Below are positions 36,898-45,752 of a stretch of 64,000 bases of DNA, piece after piece. The notes under the pieces were generated by a model that worked only from the letters and a program-made list of their open reading frames with translations, was not told the origin of the DNA and searched no databases. The stretch spans positions 4,744-68,743 of the forward strand of contig CALNYP010000047.1 in NCBI GenBank assembly GCA_942490715.1. The letters run 5' to 3'. The position numbers were made by a program, and so were the translations under genes. Within the stretch, counting starts at the first letter, position 1. Each line of letters starts with the position of its first letter. The stretch is from an uncultured bacterium (GTDB lineage: Bacteria > Acidobacteriota > Polarisedimenticolia > Polarisedimenticolales > Polarisedimenticolaceae).

Positions 36898-38019
36898 TCA
36901 GTCCCGCAAGACCCGGTAATAGACGATCTCCCCGGGTGGCGGCGTATCCAGCCAGTTCCCGTCGGCGGAGTGTCCGACGAGACTCCCTGGAGCGTCGATC
37001 AGCGCCGGGTCGAACGAACGACGGACCTCGACGAGGGTCGGACAGTCGTTCCAGTCCAGCACGACCGCCTCGGGCACGAGGCCACGATTGACCCGTAGCC
37101 CGAGCCCGTCCCGGGGCACGCGGTGGGTCGACCAGACGATCGCGTTGACGAGAATCTGGAGGTTCGGTCCGGCAGGGTCCAGCGCCGACGGCTCGTATTC
37201 CCCCGGCTGGTAGACGACGACCGCGCCGCGCCACCCGGGACGACGATTCGTGAAGCCGAGCAGGTGGGTCGTTCCCGACTGATCGTAGTTGCTCGCGAAC
37301 AGGATCTCGACGTCGGTGGCGGACGGGTTGAGCTCGAACGACAGGTAGCGCTCGTCGGGAACGTTGGTGAAGAAGGGGTAGTCGTCGTCGGGAACTCCGC
37401 GACCGGCGTCCTCGTAGCGCACCAGCGGTTCCGGGTCGAGCTCGTTGCAGGCGACGAAGTGCAGCGGCGAGACGGAGATCACCCGTTGCCCCTCGCCGGT
37501 ACTCCAGACGACGGCGCCGGTCGCCGTGCCGCCCAGCAGCTGCTGGATGCTCTCCTTCCCCGGAGTCAGGTAGATGCCGTGATGAAAGCTGACGACGCCT
37601 CCGCCTCGGATGACAAACGTCTCGACCGCTGCGGCGAACGCCTCCTGGCGGTCGCCTCCTTCGGGCCCCGCAGGGATCCGGTGGGCGAAGTAGACCAGGA
37701 CATCGTAGGCCAGCGGGTCGTGATGCGGCCGCAGCAGCGCGGCGGTGGCCTGTTCGATCTGATCGGTGGCGATCTCGAGCAGCGGATCCGGGCCGGCGTC
37801 GAACCGCAGCCCCGAGGAGGCCAGGGCCAGGGCTGCCGACAGCTCTCCGGGCTGGGTCAGCTCCTCGGGCGCCAGCCCGTGGGGGTTGACCTCGTCGCTG
37901 ACGATCAGCACGCGCAGGGGTCGGTGAACGGGCAGGTTCGCGGCAAGGCTGACGCCGGCGGAGCTGCCGCCGACCAGGATGCCGGCCAGACAGCCGACCA
38001 CGAGGAGAGGTCGCATCAC
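36898..38019 (-). CDS. Secreted ThuA-like (class I glutamine amidotransferase-like fold) protein with a short degenerate copy of the C-terminal module
   Basis: Signal peptide present. ThuA-like blocks (RVLIVSDE..., YDVLVYFAH, FVIRGGGVVSFHHG). The C-terminus is ...LDWNDC...NWLDTPPPGEIVYYRVLRD. The function call is tentative. Confidence 0.6.
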   Translation of the reverse strand: MMRPLLVVGCLAGILVGGSSAGVSLAANLPVHRPLRVLIVSDEVNPHGLAPEELTQPGELSAALALASSGLRFDAGPDPLLEIATDQIEQATAALLRPHHDPLAYDVLVYFAHRIPAGPEGGDRQEAFAAAVETFVIRGGGVVSFHHGIYLTPGKESIQQLLGGTATGAVVWSTGEGQRVISVSPLHFVACNELDPEPLVRYEDAGRGVPDDDYPFFTNVPDERYLSFELNPSATDVEILFASNYDQSGTTHLLGFTNRRPGWRGAVVVYQPGEYEPSALDPAGPNLQILVNAIVWSTHRVPRDGLGLRVNRGLVPEAVVLDWNDCPTLVEVRRSFDPALIDAPGSLVGHSADGNWLDTPPPGEIVYYRVLRD

Positions 38020-38393
38020 GGCTCCTTCACGTAGACCTTGATGGCGGAGTAACGACGGAGACTCACCTTCCCCGGGGCGTACCCTCGCGGTTTCCTGACG
38101 TCACCGGCACGACAGACGTGGACCTCGACCTTGCCGCCGGCGCCTCGGGCCTTCGAGTGCCAGGCCGCCAGCTGCGCGGCATGGTCGATGACACTCGCCG
38201 GCGGCTCGGCGCAACCATCGGGGATGCGGATCACGACATGACTGCCGGACCACTCGGAGACGTGGAGCCACAGGTCGTTCTTGGCGGCGACGCGGAAGGT
38301 CAGCGCGTCGTTGTCCCGGCTACCCTTGCCGACGAGGATTTCGTAACCATCGCGCTCGAAGGTGCGGTAGCCCTTGCCGGTCGTCGTCGCCAT
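38016..38393 (-). CDS. NFACT-R_1 (DUF814) domain protein
   Basis: From ATG 38393: MATTTGKGYRTFERDGYEILVGKGSRDNDALTF....DLWLHVSEWSGSHVVI, the typical DUF814 core. Its stop overlaps the GTG start of the downstream gene (GTGA). Confidence 0.75.
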   Translation of the reverse strand: MATTTGKGYRTFERDGYEILVGKGSRDNDALTFRVAAKNDLWLHVSEWSGSHVVIRIPDGCAEPPASVIDHAAQLAAWHSKARGAGGKVEVHVCRAGDVRKPRGYAPGKVSLRRYSAIKVYVKEP

Positions 38394-38457
38394 CGCCCGA
38401 TTGTAGCCGTTCGACGCCGTGATAGCATCGCCGCCGACTCGGCGTCGGGGGATTGGG

Positions 38458-39081
38458 ATGGAAGGTTCGTACCGCACCGTCTGGCGCGCGCAGCGACACG
38501 AGCCCGAGCCGACGAAGCGCTCCCGCTTCATCGCCGATCTCCGGCCGGTCGACTCGGCCGCCGCCGCGCTGGCCGAGATCGAGGCGCTGCGGAGCGAGTT
38601 CCCCGACGCCTCCCATCACTGCTGGGCCTATCGACTCGGAGCCCGGGGCGATCTCTACCGCTTCAGCGACGACGGTGAGCCGTCCGGCTCGGCGGGACGT
38701 CCGATCTACCAGCAGCTCGAAGCGCAGGAGCTGACCAACCTCGTCGTCGTGGTGACTCGCTACTTCGGCGGCACGAAACTCGGTGTGGGTGGGCTCGTTC
38801 GGGCCTACGGCGGTGCCGCGGCCGAGCTGTTGCGAACGGCGAAGGTGCGGGAGGTCGTACCGACGCGGCGACTGGTGTTCACGGTGGCCTACGCCAGCGC
38901 GCCGGAGATCGAGCGACTGCTCGCCGATGAGGGGCTGGGGCCGGTCGACGCCGAGTACGCCGCCGCGGTGCGGCTGGCCCTCGACGTGCCCCTCGACCGT
39001 CTCGAAGCGCTGCGTGACCGCATCACCGACCTCACCGCGGGACAGGCCGTCTGGGAGGGCGACGACCCGATACCGGGATGA
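38458..39081 (+). CDS. yigZ: YigZ / IMPACT family protein (UPF0029)
   Basis: KRSRFIADLRPV...DASHHCWAYRLG....RFSDDGEPSGSAGRPI........VVVVTRYFGGTKLGVGGLVRAYG is the diagnostic YigZ core. ATG 38458 is preferred over the alternative GTG at 38419. Confidence 0.85.
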   Translation: MEGSYRTVWRAQRHEPEPTKRSRFIADLRPVDSAAAALAEIEALRSEFPDASHHCWAYRLGARGDLYRFSDDGEPSGSAGRPIYQQLEAQELTNLVVVVTRYFGGTKLGVGGLVRAYGGAAAELLRTAKVREVVPTRRLVFTVAYASAPEIERLLADEGLGPVDAEYAAAVRLALDVPLDRLEALRDRITDLTAGQAVWEGDDPIPG

Positions 39082-39083
39082 GT

Positions 39084-39108
39084 CCGGGCCGGCTCCCGCC
39101 GGCCCCGG
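39084..39108. terminator. GC-rich hairpin between convergent genes (possible bidirectional terminator)
   Basis: 'ccgggccggc tccc gccggccccgg': about 10-bp stem with one bulge and a 4-nt loop, in the 30-nt gap between the yigZ stop and the M1 peptidase stop. No clear U-tract. Confidence 0.3.
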
Positions 39109-39111
39109 GGA

Positions 39112-40974
39112 TCAGAGGCCGAGAACCTCGTCGATCGTCGACGATGCCAGCGGGTGATAGAAGCCTCGCGCCCGGTCGTAGATCGCCAGCGCGCGCTGCT
39201 TGCCCTCGGGGGTCCGGGCCATCTCGGTGTAGAGCGGCCGCAGGAACTTGCGTCGTCCCTGCCGCGTCAGGAACTCCTCGACCGCGGGGTAGGCCGGTTC
39301 GTAGCCGTGGGCGATCGCCTGCATCAACCAGGCGTGGAGGATCTCCGAGTTGCCGCTGTGGGTCAGGTCGAACCTCGCGTCGAGGTCGGCCATCTGCGCG
39401 AGGGTCATCGACTCCGGCAACCCGCGCAGGAAGTGCAGCCACTCGTGGGTCGACCAGCCGTCGACCCACAGGGCCGACGGCCCCTCCCCGAGAAACGCAG
39501 CCAGCTGCTTGTCGACGTCGTCGAACGCCGACGACCGGATCACCGGTGCGTTCACCGGGATTCCCGGACCGTAGATCCACTTCTCGAGTTCGAGAGGGGC
39601 CAGCTCCGCCGGATCCTCGAACAGCGACTGCAGCTGCACGATGAAGCGTTCGGTCGTCATCGGTCGGAACGCCCAGGCGTCGAAGTACTCCCGGAGGAAG
39701 GCGTCCCAGCGCTCGCGACCGGCGGTCTCTTCGAGCAGGCGCAGCATCAGGTAGCCCTTCTCGTAGGCGACGTCGGTCATGCCGTCGTCAGGGTCCCGGC
39801 CGGTCAGATCCAGGCGCAGGTGGGTGTCGGGGTCGCCGGCACCCAGCTCCTCGACGGCGCCCTGGAGGTCCTGGAGGCCCAGCAGCGCCAGCATCTCCGA
39901 GTAGTCCCGGCCGGCGATCTCTTCCATGATTCGCCGCTCGATGTAGGTCGTGAACCCCTCGTTGAGCCAGAAGTCGTCCCAGGTCTCGTTGGTCACCAGG
40001 TTGCCGGACCAGGAGTGAGCCAGCTCGTGGGCCACCAGGCTGACCAGCGAACGATCGCCGGCGAGCACCGTCGGCGTCAGGAAGGTCAGCCGCGGATTCT
40101 CCATTCCGCCGAAGGGAAAACTCGCCGGCAGCACGAGCATGTCGTAGCGCTCCCAGCGGTACGGACCGTAGAGCTTCTCGGCGCTGGCGATCATCGACTC
40201 GGTCTCGCCGAACTCCCAGGCCGCCGCCTCGACGACCTCGGGCTCGGCGTAGATCCCCGAGCGCTCGCCGATCGGACGGAACTCCAGCTCGCCGGCGGCG
40301 ATCACCAGCAGGTACGGCGACAGCGGCTGCTGCATGCGGAATCGATAGACTCCGTCGGCGCTGGTCTCGGTCGGGTTCTCGGCGCTCATCAGCGCCATCA
40401 TTCCCGGAGGTACACGAACGGTGGCATCGTAGGTCACCCGGACCGCCGGCGTGTCCTGACACGGCAGCCAGCTGCGGGTCAGGATCGCCTGCCCCTGGCT
40501 CAGCAGGAACGGAAAGCGGCCGCCGGTCGTCTGTTCCGGGGTGAGCCACTGCAGCGCCGCGGCTGGGGGGCGCGAGGCGTACTCGACGTCGACATACTCG
40601 GTGTCGGGTTGAATCGCGATCCGCAGTGGACTGCCGACGAACGGCTCGGCCTCACCGACGCTCCAGTCGGCGGCGCCGCCGTCGGGTCCCAGGGTGACAC
40701 CGGCAAGCTCCAGATCGCGGGTGTCGAGCCAGAGCTCCGTCGCACCGGTCCTGTTGTCGAGGGTCAGCCGGACTCGCCCGGAGACGCTGCGGGCCTCGAA
40801 GTCCACGTCGAGATCCAGCGCGAGATGGGTCACCGCGACCTCGGCGGGCCGGGACCAGGAGTGATTCTCGAGTACGGCGGCGGAGTCGACCCGGTCCCCG
40901 GCGGCACAGGCCGCGAACAGGGTCAGCAGCGGCAGGACCGCGGTCGGGAACCGTTTCGAAAAGCGTGGGTGCAT
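39112..40974 (-). CDS. M1 family metallopeptidase (leukotriene A4 hydrolase-like aminopeptidase), secreted or lipoprotein
   Basis: Zinc motif VAHELAHSWSGNLVTN...WLNEGFTTYIE (HExxH-x18-E). GGMEN-type exopeptidase motif FGGMENP. Leuk-A4-hydrolase-like C-terminal domain. ATG 40974 precedes the signal peptide MHPRFSKRFPTAVLPLLTLFAACAAG. Confidence 0.9.
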   Translation of the reverse strand: MHPRFSKRFPTAVLPLLTLFAACAAGDRVDSAAVLENHSWSRPAEVAVTHLALDLDVDFEARSVSGRVRLTLDNRTGATELWLDTRDLELAGVTLGPDGGAADWSVGEAEPFVGSPLRIAIQPDTEYVDVEYASRPPAAALQWLTPEQTTGGRFPFLLSQGQAILTRSWLPCQDTPAVRVTYDATVRVPPGMMALMSAENPTETSADGVYRFRMQQPLSPYLLVIAAGELEFRPIGERSGIYAEPEVVEAAAWEFGETESMIASAEKLYGPYRWERYDMLVLPASFPFGGMENPRLTFLTPTVLAGDRSLVSLVAHELAHSWSGNLVTNETWDDFWLNEGFTTYIERRIMEEIAGRDYSEMLALLGLQDLQGAVEELGAGDPDTHLRLDLTGRDPDDGMTDVAYEKGYLMLRLLEETAGRERWDAFLREYFDAWAFRPMTTERFIVQLQSLFEDPAELAPLELEKWIYGPGIPVNAPVIRSSAFDDVDKQLAAFLGEGPSALWVDGWSTHEWLHFLRGLPESMTLAQMADLDARFDLTHSGNSEILHAWLMQAIAHGYEPAYPAVEEFLTRQGRRKFLRPLYTEMARTPEGKQRALAIYDRARGFYHPLASSTIDEVLGL

Positions 40975-41085
40975 GAAAAACGGGACCTCCAGGCGTCGGA
41001 TGTTCCTCTGCGAGAGGGGCATCCTAGCCCAAGGTCCCGTTACCCGACTACCGGCCGTCGGGAGGCACTCGATCGGTGCGGAGCG

Positions 41086-41622
41086 CTAGAAGCGGAAGAC
41101 CGCACCGGCGGAGAAGCTGTTGAGATCGGCACTGCTGACGTCGTAGGTCTCCCACTCGGCGCGCAGACCGAAGAATCCACCGAAGTGGAACTCGGCGCCG
41201 ACTCCGTAGAGCAGCTCCCAGTCGTCCTCATCGATCGAGCTGAGGGTGCCGTTGTCGTCGAAGGTGCCGTCCTGACCGATCAAGGCGTAGCCGACCTTGG
41301 CGAACAGCTTCAGCTTGCCGATCGGCAGGATGCCCCGGGCTTCGACATCGAAGCTGTCGAGGTCGACGTCGACCGTCGAGGTTCCCACGGTCTGCATGTG
41401 GGTGCCCAGGTCGCGGTAGGACGCCTCGAGACCGAAGAACTTGAACATCGTGAACCCGCCGAAGAACTTGTAGGACGAGTCGTCGGTGTCGAAGTTATCG
41501 ACCGCGGTGTCGAACTCGGCGTCGGTGCTCAGGTAGCTGGCGCCGAGGTAGAACTCGGCGTGTGCACTCGTCGCGAACGAAGCAACGATCAACAGCAGCA
41601 GAACAGGAAGCAGTCGTCTCAT
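41086..41622 (-). CDS. Small outer-membrane beta-barrel protein (OmpA-like / OMP_b-brl family)
   Basis: ATG 41622 gives MRRLLPVLLLLIVASFATSAHA. Then alternating aromatic strands (EFYLGASY..., FGLEASYRDLG, LYGVGAEFHF) and a terminal ...AGAVFRF. Confidence 0.8.
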   Translation of the reverse strand: MRRLLPVLLLLIVASFATSAHAEFYLGASYLSTDAEFDTAVDNFDTDDSSYKFFGGFTMFKFFGLEASYRDLGTHMQTVGTSTVDVDLDSFDVEARGILPIGKLKLFAKVGYALIGQDGTFDDNGTLSSIDEDDWELLYGVGAEFHFGGFFGLRAEWETYDVSSADLNSFSAGAVFRF

Positions 41623-41678
41623 CGTGAACACTCCTTGGTTGCGGACTCCATGCCCGGTCGGGGACGATATCACGAAGT

Positions 41679-42191
41679 TCAGCGATCCTGCGGAGACCAC
41701 TCGCAGATGTAACCGGTCGGCATCCAGAAATCGTCACCCGACCCCTCGACGTCGACCCACTCGCCGCCGTCGTAGGTCGCCAGGAAGTCCTCGGTACCGC
41801 CGTAGTCGTTGGGCTGGCCCTGGAGCCAGTTGGTGAAGCCCCAGGGAGTCCCGTCGACCCACTTCCAGCTGCCCTCCTCGTCGCGATCCGTCGCGCCGAG
41901 GAACATGTAGCGGTCGTCGCTGAGTGCCGCGATGAAATCCGCCTCGGCCTGGTCGTTGATCACGACGAGGTCACCGCCGGCCGCCTGGCAAGCCTGCCGG
42001 CCGGAGTCCCACGAGAGATCTTCGACATCGTCGAACAGCTGATACTCGTGTTCCCCGTGGGTCACCCGGCCACCGGCGGACCCTGCGGCATCCCCGGCGG
42101 GCTCGTCGTCCCCGACCGGAACCGGAGCGGCGTGGAGCAAGGCACCGAGGGCCAGGGAGGTCAGCAACGCGGCGATCTTGTTCGGTCTCAT
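41679..42191 (-). CDS. Secreted C-type lectin domain protein
   Basis: Signal peptide MRPNKIAALLTSLALGALLHA. CTLD hallmarks: W..GRQACQAAGGDLVVIND..E..F, GATD...EGSWKWVDGTPW.FTNW..GQPND, ...YICEW. Confidence 0.8.
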   Translation of the reverse strand: MRPNKIAALLTSLALGALLHAAPVPVGDDEPAGDAAGSAGGRVTHGEHEYQLFDDVEDLSWDSGRQACQAAGGDLVVINDQAEADFIAALSDDRYMFLGATDRDEEGSWKWVDGTPWGFTNWLQGQPNDYGGTEDFLATYDGGEWVDVEGSGDDFWMPTGYICEWSPQDR

Positions 42192-42370
42192 CGGAATCTC
42201 CTCGAACGGTAGGCTGAAGGGGCCGCGACACGGCAGAGGATCCACGGTACCGCGCTTTTCCCTCCCCTGCCCCTCGGGCCGGCCCCTCGACCTCCGGGCG
42301 CCGACTGGTCTTTGCCCACGGGGCCCCCTAGATTCTGCCGAGACTCTCGAGGAATCCGAAAGGAGCGGAG

Positions 42371-43934
42371 ATGTCCAGGAACCAGGTGATATTCGCGGCG
42401 CTGGCGGTCGGCCTGGCGCTCTCGACTGCGCAGGCTCTCGATATCGACCGCAGGCTCGTCGATATCCGCTGGGTCGAGTACCCCGAGGCGTCGATCGTCG
42501 ACCTCGACTTCGGCGCCCTCCGCGCCGAGGCCGCCCCGGGTGGGGTCTCGATCCGCGACCCGATCCTGCGCACGACCAGCACGGTCTGCGTTCCCGAGGG
42601 GAGCGACAACGTGCTGCGCGACGCCGTCGAGGTCGAGACCTTCTACTACGAGATCCCCTACGAGGCCGGCGCCGGCGTTCTCGTCGTCCGCGACGCCGAC
42701 GATCAGCCCGTCTTCACCTCGTGGATCGACGCCCTCGGCGCCAGCGAGCGCTACGGTCACGGCGACTGTCGCTTCTGGAGAGAATCCGCGCTGGTGGAGT
42801 CGTTCGCCGGTGCCGACCTGCGAGACGCGATCGAGGCCCAGGTGCGGCTGTACACGAAGCGAGTCGGCCTCGAGCGTATCGATCAGGCCTTCTTCTTTCA
42901 GGTCGACGAGGCGCGGATCCCGATCTACGACGTGACGGACCGCAAGCGGGATTACTCGGACCTCCACCTGGCAGCTTCCCGCGCCGAGGCCGGCTATCGC
43001 GCGCTGAACCGTGCCGGCATCACTGCCGAGGACGCGGGACGGACCGACCTCGAGCGTGCCGCCGAGACCTGGGCCGACGCACTGAAGGAAGCGGACCTGG
43101 CGAACAAGAACGCCCGGATCAATCGCAGGGTCGCCGCCAGGCTGCACGAGAACCTCGGTGTGGCGCGGATGACCCTCGGTGAACCGGAGGCCGCCGTGAT
43201 TCACCTCGAAAAGGCGCTGCAGCTGGCGACGGTGTCGGTCTCGCGCACCGGCGGCACGGGCAACGATGACCTGCTGAAACGTGCGAAGGAGCGGGCGCGA
43301 CGCAGCGACCGCAATCGAGAGATCGACAGCGGCAATCTGGACGTCGAGGGGTTGATGTTCCACACCGATCGCTTCCGGGGCCACATCCCCCTGGTGCTGG
43401 TCGACGGTTCGGAGCTGACGGCGTTCGAGGAGGAGCACATCGCGTTCTTCGCCTCGTCGACCCTGGGCGAGGCGGCCCGGGAGGTCGAACAGCGAGACGC
43501 GGCGATCGCCGATGGCCGCGTCAACCGTTACGACAGCATGGTCTCCCACACCGCGACCCAGGGCTTCGTTCTGTTCATCACCAAGTACCAGGCCGAACTG
43601 ACCGACTTCCCCCCGGAGATCACGCAGATCCGGCATCTGAACCGGCTGCGACTGACCGGCCACGGCTTCACCGGCGTACCGGAGACGATCGACGATCTCG
43701 CAGCGCTGGAAGTGTTGAACCTGGCGAACAACGCGATCGCAGATCTGCCCCGGAGATCGGCAACCTGTCCAAACTGACGCGGCTCGATCTGACGAACAAC
43801 CGGATCTCGACGCTGCCGACGAGATCGCCAACCTCTCCGCGTTGCGACAGCTGACGCTCAAGGGCAACCCGCTGGCCGCCGGCGAACTGGACCGGCTGCG
43901 CCTGCTGCTGCCGCGTTGCAAGATCAAGCTCTGA
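42371..43934 (+). pseudogene. Secreted TPR-like + leucine-rich-repeat protein; the LRR tail is interrupted by two single-nt deletions (or assembly errors)
   Basis: SD + ATG 42371 and a signal peptide. LRR units LEVLNLANNAIADLP | PEIGNLSKLTRLDLTNNRISTLP | DEIANLSALRQLTLKGNPL...RCKIKL are readable only after -1 shifts at the C-run 43748-43751 and at 43818. The restored frame stops at TGA 43932-43934. Confidence 0.7.
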
Positions 43935-43937
43935 CAC

Positions 43938-43990
43938 CTTTACACTTCTTTACGAGTCTTTACGCCTGACCCGGCGACCGGCCTCTACAC
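43938..43990. promoter_or_regulatory. Helically phased direct repeats (3x CTTTAC at exactly 10-bp spacing, plus a fourth related 8-mer) in an AT-richer intergenic island
   Basis: CTTTAC occurs at 43938, 43948 and 43958. CTTTACAC (43938-43945) recurs as CTCTACAC (43983-43990). The element lies in the 74-nt gap upstream of the Tat-signal gene at 44009. Confidence 0.4.
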
Positions 43991-44008
43991 TTTTCGTATG
44001 AGGTCTGG

Positions 44009-45586
44009 ATGACGAATCGTCGACAGTTTCTCGCTCGTGCCGGACAGGCTTCGCTGTTCGTCGGCCTGAGCGGCCTGCCACTGCAGGCTGCGATACGGAC
44101 CATGGACCAGCACGCCATCCCCGGTCGCCTGCTCGGGAAACATGACGATCTCGAAGGGTTGATCCGCCGGTTCATCGAGGTGCCGGCGGACCGCGCCCTC
44201 GACGACCTTCACACGCTGCAGGAGGACGGAACCCCCGACGACGCCTGCTACGCGGCGCTGTTCTGCGCCGCCGCCCGGGCCACGGATTTCCATCACGCGG
44301 TCTTCGTGATCCACTCGGCCCATGAGATCGGTCGCGCGATCGGCGAGCGGGACGCGTCGCTGCCGCTGTACTGGTCGCTGGCCTACCTCAAGCGCTGGCA
44401 GAGCCGGAATCCCGGAGTCGCCCTACGCCATCAGCCGGTCCCCGCGGGCCGGTTCCCCACGCCGAGTACGGCGGTGAGCGCCCTGCGCAGCGCGATGGAC
44501 GGGATGCGGCGGGAGGAGGCCGAGCGAGCACTGCTGGCGGTCGCCGACAGCCGCGGCCCACGGGCGGCGATGGACGAGCTGTGGCGCTACGGTGCCCGGG
44601 ACTGGACTTTTGTCGGCCACCGTGCGATCGCCGTCGCCAGCGCCCGTCGCTCTCTCGACACCCTGGGGTGGCGCTATGCCGGTTCGGCGCTCCGCTTTCT
44701 CAACGGGTTCCTCTACGACCGGGGTGCGACGGGAGGCGTCGGCCAGAGTCACGCCGCCAACAGCGCCCGTGTCGAGCAGGCGCGAAACACGACGCTGCCT
44801 CATGACTGGAGTGTCGCCCCGGGTCAGGATGCGGCGACCCGGGAACTCGTCGCCTCGATCCGGACCGCCGACGTGGACTCCGCCTGTGGCGAGGCCTACC
44901 GCATGCTGCTCCATGGCGACCGCTCGGCGACGACCGTCTGGGACGCGGTGCTGCTGGCCGCCGCGGAGTTGATGATCCGCGCCCGGGACGGCGACGCCGG
45001 CGGCGGCTACCCGCTCCACGCGGTGACCTCGGCCAACGCGTTGCAGACCGCGTTCCGCGGGGCGCGGGACGACTCGACCCGGCTGTATCTGATCCTCCAG
45101 GCGGTCGGCTGGGTCACTGAGTTCACTCGCGCATCGATCGAGCTGGGCGGCCTCCGGGACCGCACGATCGACGACCTGCAGACGGTACCGATCGCCGGCA
45201 CGGCGCGGGATGCTGCCGGCCAGATCCTGGCCTCCCTGCGCCCGTCGGCGAAGCCGACAAGTACGCCGGCGAAGCCGACAAGCACGTCGCCCGCCGACCC
45301 GACAGCCCATGATCGGGCGGCGAACAGGACGTTCGCCTACGGCCGCCGGTTCGAGGATCCGACACCGTTCGTGAGAGCCTCCCTGCACGCCGCCATGCGC
45401 AAGGCGACGACCGACCCACACAGCCTGAAGTTCCCGGTCGCCGTGTTCGAGAACGTTGCCCGGGTCAGCCTGGGCTGGCGGCCGCAGATCCTGGCCTCGG
45501 TCGTCTACCGACTGCCTGCCGCCGGCGCAGCGGACAACCACATCGCCCGATTTGTCGATTCCGTCCGTGCCCCTGCGCCTAGCTGA
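44009..45586 (+). CDS. Uncharacterized Tat-signal protein (paralog B of 7663..9249)
   Basis: MTNRRQFLARAGQASLFVGLSGLPLQA is a canonical twin-arginine signal. 525 aa, with blocks shared with the 7663 protein. It contains a 2x21-nt in-frame tandem duplication (AKPTSTP/AKPTSTS, 45248-45289). Confidence 0.7.
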   Translation: MTNRRQFLARAGQASLFVGLSGLPLQAAIRTMDQHAIPGRLLGKHDDLEGLIRRFIEVPADRALDDLHTLQEDGTPDDACYAALFCAAARATDFHHAVFVIHSAHEIGRAIGERDASLPLYWSLAYLKRWQSRNPGVALRHQPVPAGRFPTPSTAVSALRSAMDGMRREEAERALLAVADSRGPRAAMDELWRYGARDWTFVGHRAIAVASARRSLDTLGWRYAGSALRFLNGFLYDRGATGGVGQSHAANSARVEQARNTTLPHDWSVAPGQDAATRELVASIRTADVDSACGEAYRMLLHGDRSATTVWDAVLLAAAELMIRARDGDAGGGYPLHAVTSANALQTAFRGARDDSTRLYLILQAVGWVTEFTRASIELGGLRDRTIDDLQTVPIAGTARDAAGQILASLRPSAKPTSTPAKPTSTSPADPTAHDRAANRTFAYGRRFEDPTPFVRASLHAAMRKATTDPHSLKFPVAVFENVARVSLGWRPQILASVVYRLPAAGAADNHIARFVDSVRAPAPS

Positions 45587-45752
45587 CCCTCTCGCTGGTC
45601 CCAGGTTTCAGAATTCACCGGAAACACGGGGATCCAGCACCCCGCACCGATGGCCTGAAATGTCCACTCCCTGACCCTGCCCGCTCTGGCGCCGCCTCCG
45701 GTCGGCCCGTAGACTACCCCTGAATTGCTCGTTTTTCCGCTGGGAGCTCAGG

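Noticed and set aside
24664-38019. Calling the locus a canonical type IX secretion system
   Set aside because: No PorK/L/M/N, SprA/Sov, PorP/SprF or Por_Secre_tail-type CTDs are recognisable in the window. Only the PorV-like/PorU-like logic is present, so it is reported as an analogy-based hypothesis, not as a T9SS.
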